A stretch of 64,000 bases of DNA, taken from positions 124,001-188,000 of IMG/VR virus record IMGVR_UViG_3300047095_000752; one strand, written 5' to 3'. Positions 28,679-38,564 of the stretch are shown here, piece after piece; position 1 is the stretch's first letter, and the number at the start of each line of letters is the position of its first letter. The notes beneath the pieces were generated by a model that saw only the letters and a list, made by a program, of their open reading frames with translations, did no database searches and was not told where the DNA came from. Position numbers and translations under genes: made by a program.

Positions 28679-29624
28679 TTTCGTATTCCTTTAGTCTAAG
28701 GTTAAACCAAGTGAGAAATTCATCTTGGTTGTATTTGGCTCTCTTGTCTGAGTTCTCGGTTCTTGTGATTATTCTTAAGTTTTCTCTTAAGTTGCAAATG
28801 GATTTGATTATGGCTTTATCATATTTTATGTCAAAATCGTTATCAACGAAAGCCGCTCGCGGAAATATATGATCCACTTCGTAAATATTTCTGAGATCGT
28901 GACGATGCTTTCTATTGTGTTTTGCTAGATATTTATTATTTAAAAAATCATTGTAGTTTGGATCATCTGATAGAATGTGAATTTGACTGTGGTGAAATGA
29001 TAAAAATTTTCGGCGAATATCTCTGGTCCGATCTATATTCCATCTCGTGTGGTTTTCACCTGATATACTTTTATAAAAACATTCTCTACATTTATAACCA
29101 TATTGAAAATCCCCAAATGTACGTTCAGATTTATGACCAGCCGGGCATTTCATTTCAAGTTTTGTATTAGCGTTTTTATATTCAGTGCTTAATAGAATAT
29201 AACCTGTAGATTCGATTGTTGATTTAACGTGTTCATATGAATGTTTTACTAAACCTGCGCATATCTTACATCTATTATTGTTATCTTTAAAACTATTAAA
29301 TATAACATCGTATGTATGATCTTTTGGGCATTTAACTGTTAATTTACTACAATTATTTTCATACACTCCCGATATATATTTATAACCTTTTGACTCTATA
29401 TAATTTATAACATCGTTTATATCTAATTTTCGTTTATTTAAACTGCATTGTTTACATCTACGTCCCGCTTTAAAATTGTTGTATATGGAGTAAAATATAT
29501 GATCATCGGGACATTTAATCTTTAGTTTATCACTATTTTTGGTATATGTTTTACTTAGTAGTTTATACCCGCTTTCTTTTTCAATTTCATTTTTAACATA
29601 TTCGTATTCTAATTTCTTAGGCAT
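28623..29624 (-). CDS. Zinc-finger-repeat HNH homing endonuclease (3 repeats)
   Basis: Three CPxxH..RCxxC repeats; DHIFPR...ICNLRENLRI. Confidence 0.8.
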   Translation of the reverse strand: MPKKLEYEYVKNEIEKESGYKLLSKTYTKNSDKLKIKCPDDHIFYSIYNNFKAGRRCKQCSLNKRKLDINDVINYIESKGYKYISGVYENNCSKLTVKCPKDHTYDVIFNSFKDNNNRCKICAGLVKHSYEHVKSTIESTGYILLSTEYKNANTKLEMKCPAGHKSERTFGDFQYGYKCRECFYKSISGENHTRWNIDRTRDIRRKFLSFHHSQIHILSDDPNYNDFLNNKYLAKHNRKHRHDLRNIYEVDHIFPRAAFVDNDFDIKYDKAIIKSICNLRENLRIITRTENSDKRAKYNQDEFLTWFNLRLKEYENENSQSPHTQEAVPCSVT

Positions 29625-31967
29625 TTATATCACTCCGTTGTCACTCAGATAATCTCCGATCAAGATGAACATACTGTCAGTATCGCCGTATGCAACATAT
29701 GGTAGATCGGAATTCTCAAAGTGTTCGATGTAGGATGTTTTAATAGTTGAATCATCCGTCTGTAAATAATTTGAAAGATGATATACGGAAAATTTAAGGG
29801 CTTCTTGACCTGTGCTGGTGATCGCTTTCGCCATATCTAGATTGTACATACGGAAAAATGGCAACCCCAGGATCCCATAAATGCTATTGCTGACAATTTT
29901 ATAACTGCTCTGTTTATTATCAAATTGCTTTAATTCTACCTTCATCCGCTCCTTAGTCACAGGATCCAGATCCGTATTTGTATTAATTTCTTGTCTAAGA
30001 TCGCCTAATTTCTTTTTATAAAGATCGCGCTGATCGCCCAAGTGAGTTAACACTTCGTGGAAGAATGATAGCTCAACTTCATGTTGAACAAAAAGGCATC
30101 CATTAATCGTTATAATATAATCATTCTTTACTATGAATTCTTCAAACTCAGCCGGAGTTAAATATATATCTTCGCTGGATCTAAGGATCGGATTAAGTGT
30201 AACCTTAATTTGATCCGGTAGTTGTGATTTTTTATATAGATATGAATATGCGTCTTTTTCTGACACTTTACCTTTGTATGTATTAGGTCCTATATTCATA
30301 GATTGAATTATTGATGGATACAGTGATTTAAAGTCAAAATCGACAACCCACTGGTGAACACCTACCTTTGGTTCCAGTACATATGCCCCTGAGAATGTCG
30401 CGTGATTTTGTTTTATTGAATTTCTGCATACTAAATTCTTATCCTTAGCGAACTTCAATAGAATTGGATCAACAAGACCAGATGTGGTCTCAGCCCGTCT
30501 CCAAGTACTACTACAAGTCTTTATAAGTTCAAATCGCAAATCTATATGGTGGAGAGCGTCTTCAAGTTCAGATAGCAGTACAGTATCAACCCCAGAATAT
30601 AATATAAACTTAACAAGATCACTTTCGTACATAGTATTAATGGTACCTTCAAAAGCGACTTTACCTTCACCCAGTACCTTCTGTGATATATTATTTAATT
30701 TATAACTTTCTTCTACATTTTGCGTAAGTTTTTTATATATTGCTAATTGGTCTACCATATATAGACCATATACTGTCGTCCCATAATATTCACTTATGTC
30801 AACATCAGCAAGTCCGATTGGAGACAATGAATCTACATCCAATCCCAATTTATGCATGCGATTTACTGTATAGGGCACATCGAATAGCTCTGAATTCCAC
30901 CCCGCCCAAACATCAGGATCGAGTTCTTTTGCTTTTTCTATAAATGCCGTTATAAGATCAGCTTCTGAGTCAAAAATCTTTATAATATATTCATTAATCT
31001 CTGGGAACACGCTTAAATTATCATATAAGCTCTTATGCCCTTTATTGTATGATGTTGTGTCCATTTCAGGTAGTTGTAGAATATAGACGTGTGTAGCCCC
31101 ATCACTGTCCAGTTTAAAAGATATCGAGTTAATCGGGAACTCAGCTTCAAGAGCGAATGGAAATGCTTTATGTTGTCCGGTATACACTTCAATATCCCAG
31201 TATAGTATCTTTAATTTATACTGGCATTCCGGTTCAGTTCTATTGTAATAATAGTCAATAGAATGTTTAATATCCGGTTTAACATCTTCTTCGTACATCG
31301 CTGTAGTTGGGAGAAGTCCAACTTTGGTTGTATGTAACTGTACGTCGGATACCTTCTTTATTATATCACTGTCTCTAATGTCCATAGGTACTGAATAGAA
31401 ATAAGTATCTTTTGAATTTACTGTGTGGTATTTTTTAGTTCCATTTGCATCTCTAAACACATATAGAATCTTACTTTTAAACTTATTGTATTGTATGTCA
31501 ATTAATATGTGATTTGAATCGTAACACCAATCGGGTAGTTTAAACGAGTGACATTTTGCTTCTTCATTTGTAACGACTGTGTTTATACTCTTTTCTCTAT
31601 TTTTAAAGTATAATTTAGATATGGTAGTAAATTGCTCTTCTACGAACGAATAGAAAAAGTCCAATTCACTACATACCTCGTCTAGATCATAAGTGATCAT
31701 CAACTTTATATCTTTATATTTAATACCTTTACCTACAACAGACTCAAACTTATCACCCAACTCGTCGTTAAACGTTTTCGTCACACCCTCCCCCATAATT
31801 ACAGTGAGTGTAGCATCTGTAGCTTTGATGTGATCTTCGGTTAGCTTACTTGTTGGATATATTTTATGATCTATCTTATCGAAGTTGTTAGTCTTCAAGA
31901 TCTTTTTGAATAACTTATTTTTTATAGTTTCTTGATTTGCATAAATTGCAATTGGAATTGAAGCCAC
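29625..31967 (-). CDS. Family B DNA polymerase, N-terminal subunit (UDG-like domain, 3'-5' exonuclease, palm motifs A-C)
   Basis: WDIEV (ExoI), GWNSELFD (ExoII), YSGVD (ExoIII), DFKSLYPS (A), KIVSNSIYG (B), YGDTDS (C); stop 15 aa after DTDS. Confidence 0.92.
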   Translation of the reverse strand: MASIPIAIYANQETIKNKLFKKILKTNNFDKIDHKIYPTSKLTEDHIKATDATLTVIMGEGVTKTFNDELGDKFESVVGKGIKYKDIKLMITYDLDEVCSELDFFYSFVEEQFTTISKLYFKNREKSINTVVTNEEAKCHSFKLPDWCYDSNHILIDIQYNKFKSKILYVFRDANGTKKYHTVNSKDTYFYSVPMDIRDSDIIKKVSDVQLHTTKVGLLPTTAMYEEDVKPDIKHSIDYYYNRTEPECQYKLKILYWDIEVYTGQHKAFPFALEAEFPINSISFKLDSDGATHVYILQLPEMDTTSYNKGHKSLYDNLSVFPEINEYIIKIFDSEADLITAFIEKAKELDPDVWAGWNSELFDVPYTVNRMHKLGLDVDSLSPIGLADVDISEYYGTTVYGLYMVDQLAIYKKLTQNVEESYKLNNISQKVLGEGKVAFEGTINTMYESDLVKFILYSGVDTVLLSELEDALHHIDLRFELIKTCSSTWRRAETTSGLVDPILLKFAKDKNLVCRNSIKQNHATFSGAYVLEPKVGVHQWVVDFDFKSLYPSIIQSMNIGPNTYKGKVSEKDAYSYLYKKSQLPDQIKVTLNPILRSSEDIYLTPAEFEEFIVKNDYIITINGCLFVQHEVELSFFHEVLTHLGDQRDLYKKKLGDLRQEINTNTDLDPVTKERMKVELKQFDNKQSSYKIVSNSIYGILGLPFFRMYNLDMAKAITSTGQEALKFSVYHLSNYLQTDDSTIKTSYIEHFENSDLPYVAYGDTDSMFILIGDYLSDNGVI

Positions 31968-31984
31968 GTGAAGTACCTTTTGGT

Positions 31985-33113
31985 TTATCTTTTAAATGCA
32001 GTTCTACGAATCAATCGAGTTGTATTTTTTCTGCTTACAAAATCATTTTCTGGAATCATATGATATAAATCTAAAAGAGACATACTCGCAAATTTACTAA
32101 ATAAAACTTTAAACATAGAATTTAAAATATAATCAAATCCATCGAGTCTTTCATAGGGTCTCTTTATGAATTTTGTTTTTTTATTATCATTTTTACAAAT
32201 AATAAATACGAATGAGAAAAAGTCAACTAATACACTATGTATAGCATCATGAATTAATAATGTAGTATAATATTCTATGTTTAGGTGATATCTAAATTTA
32301 GGCATAATTAAATACATGGGGTTGTAATAGTTTTCTTTTTTGTTCACTTTATAACCCTTACATTTTCATGATAGCGGTTGAATAGTTCTGAGTTACTACA
32401 GTAGTTGTGGTTATAATTTATTGTGAAGGATCTTCGGAAATTAGATCTGATCCCTAAGTCTAAAATTTTAACCGTGAACTTGAATTTCAGTCTGTTGAAA
32501 TCCAGATGTACGGTATAATAATCATTTCCTAATATTATAGCTATAAGTTTGGATAATTTTTTAACTTCTATTTGTTCCAACATATATGATATATAATATA
32601 TATTACTCCCGATATATCGAATTGATATTGGTGGTATAACTATTACACCGTGTGCCATAAATGCTCGTACTGATAATGGGTATATGACATTTGCTTAAAT
32701 TCAGTTCTTCTAAATTTATTTGAAGTTTTATCTTGTACAAGTATAGAACCATAAAACCAACATATCGCACGTAGATTGGCTGCGATTGGATAATGTATAT
32801 ATAAGGATAACTGAGTCAGGCATCCATAATATATATGCTTATCACTTTCGTTTCGGATACCATTTATTTTAAGTGTATTTTCGTTTTTCTTTCTGCGATA
32901 TCTTGGGATTATTATATTTGCATTCTTTCTTAGTGTAACCGACAACAATCCTTGAATGACACACATGGTCCTACCAAGTCCTTGTTGAAGTGTTTTTATT
33001 TTACCTTTATTCCCATATGAGATATCTTGATGTTGGTCGTGGATTTTATAATGATCTATATTTGGAAAGAATAAAAATAAAAATGGACTTTTACTTCTCT
33101 TTCTTATACTCAT
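31985..33113 (-). CDS. Three small hypothetical ORFs (31985-32347, 32344-32658, 32643-33113)
   Basis: Coupled ORFs between the two polymerase genes. Confidence 0.45.
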
Positions 33114-33445
33114 AGCAGTTTTATAAAGTTGGGGTTATTTTTTATTAGGGCGAGTAACGAATGTGATAATACTTCGATCATTTGCTCATAGAAGGAGTCG
33201 TCATCCTCGTCTAGGTTTAGACCGGCTTGAATCAGTATAGCGTGAAGGATCTCGTGTAAAATTGTAACTTCCATTTTACCTTTAGCTAAGGAACGTTTTA
33301 TAACGAGTTTTAAATTCTCATTATCTGTGTACGCAGAATAGTCGCCATCCGGGGTCATTTTTGGCTCATCTTCAAATACAATCTGATAGGTTAATGGTGA
33401 TATATATATTTCTTTTAGATCTGTTATTTTTTTGGCATCGGACAC
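33110..33445 (-). CDS. HExxH zinc metallopeptidase-like protein (ImmA/IrrE-like)
   Basis: TILHEILHAI ... EQMIE. Confidence 0.65.
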   Translation of the reverse strand: MSDAKKITDLKEIYISPLTYQIVFEDEPKMTPDGDYSAYTDNENLKLVIKRSLAKGKMEVTILHEILHAILIQAGLNLDEDDDSFYEQMIEVLSHSLLALIKNNPNFIKLL

Positions 33446-34404
33446 TGTGTTGACCTCTCGGTTGTATCGGTTGTATTATATTCATTTATCTTTTCATTAA
33501 ACCAAGCCATAAATTCTTCTTGGTTGTATTTACCACCTTTAGTGTTGTTATCTTTTTCGTGTATTATTCTTAAGTTTTCTCGTAGGTTGCAGATCTCTTT
33601 TATTATAGCCGGATCGTATATATTATCTAAGTTGTTATCAATAAATGCTATTCTCGGTTGAATGTGATCTACCGTATAATCAGATCTGTCCCATATATTA
33701 CTTGATGTCTTGGCGAGTTTTTGAGATTGGACGTGATTGTTGTAATTCGGATCATCATTTAATATATGTATTTTTTTATAATCAAACGATAAATATTTAG
33801 TTCTAGTTTGTCGGGTCCGGTCAGTCATCCAACGAACGTTATTTTCACCAGACTTATTTTCATAGGAACATTCCCTACACCTAACATCATTATTTTTAAA
33901 ATTATCAAAGATCATTTCTATTTTATGATTTTTAGGGCACAGTAGTTCGTCTTTATTTTTACAGCCTTTATATTCGGAAATTAACGTATAGCCATGATCT
34001 TTATAATAATTAAATACAAAATCATGACTATATTGCATTTTTATCTTATGACATTCTATACATCTACGTCGAGTCCTAAAATGGCTAAAACTCATTTCTA
34101 TTTTATGACCTTTCGGACATATCAATTCATCTTTTGTCATACACCCTTTATATTTAGAATTTAATGTATACCCACGTTTTTTATAATAATTTTCTACATA
34201 ACTTTCATCAGTTCTTTTATTTATATTTGAACATTCTCTACACTTGTGTCCGTTTTTAAAACTATTGAATAGCATTTCTATTTTATGATTTTTAGGACAT
34301 AATAATGTATTTTTTGTACGGGTATTAACATATTGTGTAAGTAATGTGTATCCACGTTCTGCATAATAATTAAATACGAATTCATGTGTTAATTTGTTTG
34401 GCAT
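33424..34404 (-). CDS. Zinc-finger-repeat HNH homing endonuclease (3 repeats)
   Basis: Three CPKxH repeats; DHIQPR...ICNLRENLRI. Confidence 0.8.
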   Translation of the reverse strand: MPNKLTHEFVFNYYAERGYTLLTQYVNTRTKNTLLCPKNHKIEMLFNSFKNGHKCRECSNINKRTDESYVENYYKKRGYTLNSKYKGCMTKDELICPKGHKIEMSFSHFRTRRRCIECHKIKMQYSHDFVFNYYKDHGYTLISEYKGCKNKDELLCPKNHKIEMIFDNFKNNDVRCRECSYENKSGENNVRWMTDRTRQTRTKYLSFDYKKIHILNDDPNYNNHVQSQKLAKTSSNIWDRSDYTVDHIQPRIAFIDNNLDNIYDPAIIKEICNLRENLRIIHEKDNNTKGGKYNQEEFMAWFNEKINEYNTTDTTERSTQCPMPKK

Positions 34405-34429
34405 AACTTTTCCTACATTATAGTTTAGT

Positions 34430-35206
34430 TTATTGAAATACTTGATCCATAGAATTTATGTTGTTTTGAATAAGAGCAAGAAGTACTTCCTTTACTCTGT
34501 CCGTCCATACGAATCGCAATTGTTCTGCCACGTTACATACATAATAGTCGGGTAACGATTCCTCTTCTGCGGGTAGGACCATATATTTCTGCTTAGATCC
34601 AATTAAATGCATGTTATCCAGAATACGCTGAGGTGCTTTCATTGGGTCGATCCCATTTATCCGGAAAAGATAACCTTTTGTACCGGGCGCAAAAGTTCGA
34701 TACTCTAGCATATTCCATAAGATCATCGCTTGTACCTGATACGGTGGCTTTCCCTTATATTCAGAAAGTGGCTTCGAAAAGTTCACGGATCCAGCAATCA
34801 ACTTAGAATTTTGATTACATAATTGTATAACTTCTTTTTCCGTGTCGACAATAAATTGCTTAATTTCATTTATGTTGATCTTCTCTACTTTCAAGATCAT
34901 ATCTAAGAGAGCTTGTACCTTTTCTTTGGTGTAAACCGGAAAGTTAGAGCGACGAATCACAAGTCCTTTTAGGTCGAATTCGGATACAGTTTTACCTTCT
35001 TTATTTTTTATAAAAAGACCATATTTCTTTTTTGTAAAGAATACCGCATTACTTGCCAATACTTCTTGTTTCAATTTTAGAGCATTATATTTGGGATTGG
35101 CTCGGTGCATCCTTATGAATTCGGGTAGTAGATCTTTATTTAAAATGTCTTCTAGCTTATGACACTCTTTTAAAACAATCTGTATAAGTTCTTCTTCGGT
35201 TTTCAT
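34430..35206 (-). CDS. Family B DNA polymerase, C-terminal subunit (rest of palm + thumb)
   Basis: LKQEV...FFTKKKYGL...KGLVIRRS (KKrY and KGxxxxRS motifs). Confidence 0.88.
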   Translation of the reverse strand: MKTEEELIQIVLKECHKLEDILNKDLLPEFIRMHRANPKYNALKLKQEVLASNAVFFTKKKYGLFIKNKEGKTVSEFDLKGLVIRRSNFPVYTKEKVQALLDMILKVEKININEIKQFIVDTEKEVIQLCNQNSKLIAGSVNFSKPLSEYKGKPPYQVQAMILWNMLEYRTFAPGTKGYLFRINGIDPMKAPQRILDNMHLIGSKQKYMVLPAEEESLPDYYVCNVAEQLRFVWTDRVKEVLLALIQNNINSMDQVFQ

Positions 35207-35670
35207 CTAAAAAGTTTCTTTTCAGCGATTGTTATTTTCTTTTTGGTTGGTTTTTTATTAGTCAACATATCTATAAGAGCTTTATTCTTTTCTTTTTCTG
35301 CAATCTTCATTAAAAGATCTATTTCATATTTTTTAAGTAGTGGGAATTTATCTTGAAGATCCTTGTATTCATATTTCTCTTTTTTCATATTTACATAGGA
35401 TAAAGTCCAAGGCGTTAATCTATTCTTTGTAGCTAGTTGTTTCAATTCTTTAAAGAAGCTCATTTTATATGGTTGTAAATTTTTATCATACAAATTATAT
35501 TTATTATATAGATCATTTAAGTATATAGTTATATCCGAGTTGATACAAGTAAACATTGCCAAAGCACTTACAATGTAAATAGCCTTGGTAATGTCTGGAT
35601 CTAATTCGGATTTCATATCACCGTCGCATAACCACTGTTTAAAAGTGTTATACGGACTTACTGGTGCCAT
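35203..35670 (-). CDS. Hypothetical protein, possibly a clamp-loader small subunit (gp62-like)
   Basis: Size, helical character and position next to the polymerase only. Confidence 0.3.
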   Translation of the reverse strand: MAPVSPYNTFKQWLCDGDMKSELDPDITKAIYIVSALAMFTCINSDITIYLNDLYNKYNLYDKNLQPYKMSFFKELKQLATKNRLTPWTLSYVNMKKEKYEYKDLQDKFPLLKKYEIDLLMKIAEKEKNKALIDMLTNKKPTKKKITIAEKKLFR

Positions 35671-36020
35671 TACGATACCTCTCGTCGTTGATTTTCAATT
35701 CGTTTATTATTCTGAGCGTTAAGAAATTTTTCGTGATTCAGTGAGTCTTTTCTAAAATTCAATAATACCTGTCTTAAATAAATCGATTGCTTTCTTACGC
35801 TTAGGGGTAATCGGTTCTTATTAGTAGTTGAAGCTTTCTCTGCTAAGTTTATTAATTTCCCGAATTCTTTCTTAAGATTTTCGAGAGAGTCTCTATAAAG
35901 CCGGTTTGTTTCAATATTGTTATTTATATCATTATAACAAACTTCGCACAAGGCTACACTTTTATCATCAAACATATACGACGTTTTTGATGGTTTAAAA
36001 CAATGAATACATTGATTCAT
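35670..36020 (-). CDS. CxxC-CxxC protein with a basic C-terminal helix
   Basis: CIHC/CEVC; VRKQS..LRQ.L..FRK.S resembles Hc1-like small proteins. Confidence 0.45.
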   Translation of the reverse strand: MNQCIHCFKPSKTSYMFDDKSVALCEVCYNDINNNIETNRLYRDSLENLKKEFGKLINLAEKASTTNKNRLPLSVRKQSIYLRQVLLNFRKDSLNHEKFLNAQNNKRIENQRREVS

Positions 36021-36031
36021 AATTTTAGCCT

Positions 36032-36892
36032 TTATGTTGGTGTTGGGGGGTGGGTATAGATTTCGGATTGTGATATTATCATACCTTTAGATCTATAAAA
36101 CATAGTTATATCATCCGGCATTTTATTGTTCGTGAATATATTCCACTGCTTATGTTTTTCATTAGAGTTCGTTACATCTATACATGTGTAGGTTCTATCT
36201 TTCAACCCTAATTTCATAGTTTTAAATTTGTAAATAACAGTTTCGGAATCATGTTCTATATAACCAACCACTGCACAGTTTCTATATTTTGATGTGGACT
36301 TCATATAATAATTTGAAATGTTATTATCATCAGATGCATAACTTTGATCTCGACTTCGAGACCCACACTCTACATATGCCCAAATAGGTTTATCTAATTT
36401 AAATATCCCATTTATAGATTTGTTATTTAATTCAAAATACAAAACACAGTGTAAATATACATGATTTGACTCCATGTTGTATACATATGGGGTCAATCTT
36501 AAATTTATCTTTATATCACCCTCTCGCATTTGTTCAGATGTCGAGGCTTGTCTATGTGGAGGGTAAACCTGACTCGCCAAATCATACGGTGTACTTGAAA
36601 TTTCAATACCTGCATTTTTTTGATCTGATGTAAATGCTGGGATTCGGCATCGTAAAAAGTATAATACTTTTCTTGAAAGTTGAACGGACTGATACATTGT
36701 GATATTGATGATTTTATGATATAAAGAATACGCTAAATCAAATTTTACGATACATGGTAGTATCGTTTTGTTGATTGCATATATTAACTTTAAATTATTT
36801 TTTATTCGATTGGATACAACAGCTTCTGACCCGAGTGAATATGAATATTCATCGTTGTTGTAGGAATCTTCTCTTGACCTCATATACGACAT
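36032..36892 (-). CDS. Hypothetical protein
   Basis: 286-aa ORF. Confidence 0.55.
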   Translation of the reverse strand: MSYMRSREDSYNNDEYSYSLGSEAVVSNRIKNNLKLIYAINKTILPCIVKFDLAYSLYHKIINITMYQSVQLSRKVLYFLRCRIPAFTSDQKNAGIEISSTPYDLASQVYPPHRQASTSEQMREGDIKINLRLTPYVYNMESNHVYLHCVLYFELNNKSINGIFKLDKPIWAYVECGSRSRDQSYASDDNNISNYYMKSTSKYRNCAVVGYIEHDSETVIYKFKTMKLGLKDRTYTCIDVTNSNEKHKQWNIFTNNKMPDDITMFYRSKGMIISQSEIYTHPPTPT

Positions 36893-37097
36893 GGCGCAAT
36901 ACTTTTCCTTTTTCGAAGTTGTTCTGAGCGGGTGGTAGAAAGCGATAATACTTAATCAATTGTTCATCAGTTGCATTTCGTACCTCATCGATTGTAGGAA
37001 AAGTTGCCTTCCAATCGAATCGCCCATAGTTAAACTTCTTGTAGGTGGAATTTGTATTGTCGGTTGATGTTTGCTCTGTCATTTTTGTGTTCTCCAT
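36849..37097 (-). CDS. Hypothetical protein
   Basis: ORF with YYRFLP motif. Confidence 0.5.
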   Translation of the reverse strand: MENTKMTEQTSTDNTNSTYKKFNYGRFDWKATFPTIDEVRNATDEQLIKYYRFLPPAQNNFEKGKVLRHVVYEVKRRFLQQR

Positions 37098-37137
37098 CGC
37101 TGAAGTTAAGGTTTAAGGTTATATCTACATTATACTG

Positions 37138-38490
37138 TTAATTTGTTGTTTTGTCAACCTTTTTAATCTGTTCTTCGAATGTATTGACTACGGATTCGGG
37201 ACTTATATGCTGTGTGCAACCGGGTAGTAAATTACTAACTCGGAATGGACATCTATGTTCCTTACTATTCAAATAACAGGGGTAAAAGCCACACTCATTG
37301 TTCCATGTATCGTCTGGATTCAGCCCCTGTACGGTTTCGTATCCACCAACCACATTGTATGCTGGGTAGGGTCCACAAATCGTCACAGCGGGCTTCCCGA
37401 GCGCCCCGGAAATATGGGCAAAGGAAGAGTCAATCGTAATCCCACCAACGCACGCGGAATAGATTGCAATTGCTTTTGTGATTGTATCGGACACGGCAGC
37501 AAGATTGAGTATATTATCACGATTTTCGATAAATGACTTATTTGACAACTGTGGGCTTAATATTGCGTTTGTACCTTTATTTTTAATATCAATATAATTT
37601 AAAGTATTAACGATAAAATTATTAACTTCAGGTTGCCTCTTAATATTATCAATAATACCAACCTTATATCCCCGCCCAATCAGAAGGCGACAAATCTCAG
37701 CCCATTTTTCATCTGGGTAGGCACGTAGATTTGATGTCGATGTCATATGTAGCAACACTGTATTATTTGGAATCAGTAACTTCATAGATTTCATTAAAAT
37801 GTGATTTGGAATTAATTTTGAAATGTAATCTTTTGAATCATATGTGAATTTACAAACGTCTCGATAAACATCATAATAATTCTGCTTCTGAGCAGCTTCA
37901 CAATTTTCAATGGCACCAATAAATGTAAGGTGATAATCATGAGCCATCATAAGCTTGGCGTCTAGAGGGAAGGGTACGACATTGTCAACGATACCCGGAG
38001 GGAAGTTGCTAAACAGTTCCATAAAGGCTGGCTTCGTAGAATATGTAATTTTACAGGAAGGCCATCGGTCTTTAATATGCTTGAGTACACTCTGGGATAC
38101 AATCAAGTCACCCAACCCACCCATACGCATTACAAGTAGAGATTTGTTGGTTAGGTCTTGACCCATATATCGGTTACATATATCTTCGAACTTAAGCTTA
38201 GATGGTTTTAAACATTTCTTTGTATCACCCTTTGTCTTATATCCATCCATAAAAATTGAAAGTGGGAGAACGTAATTATTTCCCGACTTCATTTGATATA
38301 CGTCGTCGAATGTAAAATCGCGAGTCACTCTTGCGATTGTCATTGCCGTGGGTGCTTCAAGAAGTTCTTGTATATTTTTAAACTTACGATCCGTCACATA
38401 ATTTTCAAGTCCAAATTTCTTAACCACATCTTTTGTTAACTTGAATTTCTTATGTGCATCTTTATATGAATTTAGATTTTTCTTCGCCAT
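37138..38490 (-). CDS. Glycosyltransferase family 9 (heptosyltransferase-like); likely start MAKK at 38490
   Basis: RMGGLGDLI; ITIDSSFAHISGALGKPAVTICGP; C-terminal CxPC...C...C. Confidence 0.85.
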   Translation of the reverse strand: MAKKNLNSYKDAHKKFKLTKDVVKKFGLENYVTDRKFKNIQELLEAPTAMTIARVTRDFTFDDVYQMKSGNNYVLPLSIFMDGYKTKGDTKKCLKPSKLKFEDICNRYMGQDLTNKSLLVMRMGGLGDLIVSQSVLKHIKDRWPSCKITYSTKPAFMELFSNFPPGIVDNVVPFPLDAKLMMAHDYHLTFIGAIENCEAAQKQNYYDVYRDVCKFTYDSKDYISKLIPNHILMKSMKLLIPNNTVLLHMTSTSNLRAYPDEKWAEICRLLIGRGYKVGIIDNIKRQPEVNNFIVNTLNYIDIKNKGTNAILSPQLSNKSFIENRDNILNLAAVSDTITKAIAIYSACVGGITIDSSFAHISGALGKPAVTICGPYPAYNVVGGYETVQGLNPDDTWNNECGFYPCYLNSKEHRCPFRVSNLLPGCTQHISPESVVNTFEEQIKKVDKTTN

Positions 38491-38564
38491 GCCTTTAGTC
38501 CTCTGCGGTGATTGTTTCGGTTTGTGAGTGTATGATATCACACAAAACTTTTTTTTTCAATACC

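Noticed and set aside
29600-34430. Intein or group I intron explaining the polymerase break
   Set aside because: No Cys/Ser start or His-Asn end at either junction, no space for intron core structure, and the C-terminal half lies upstream, which is incompatible with cis-splicing
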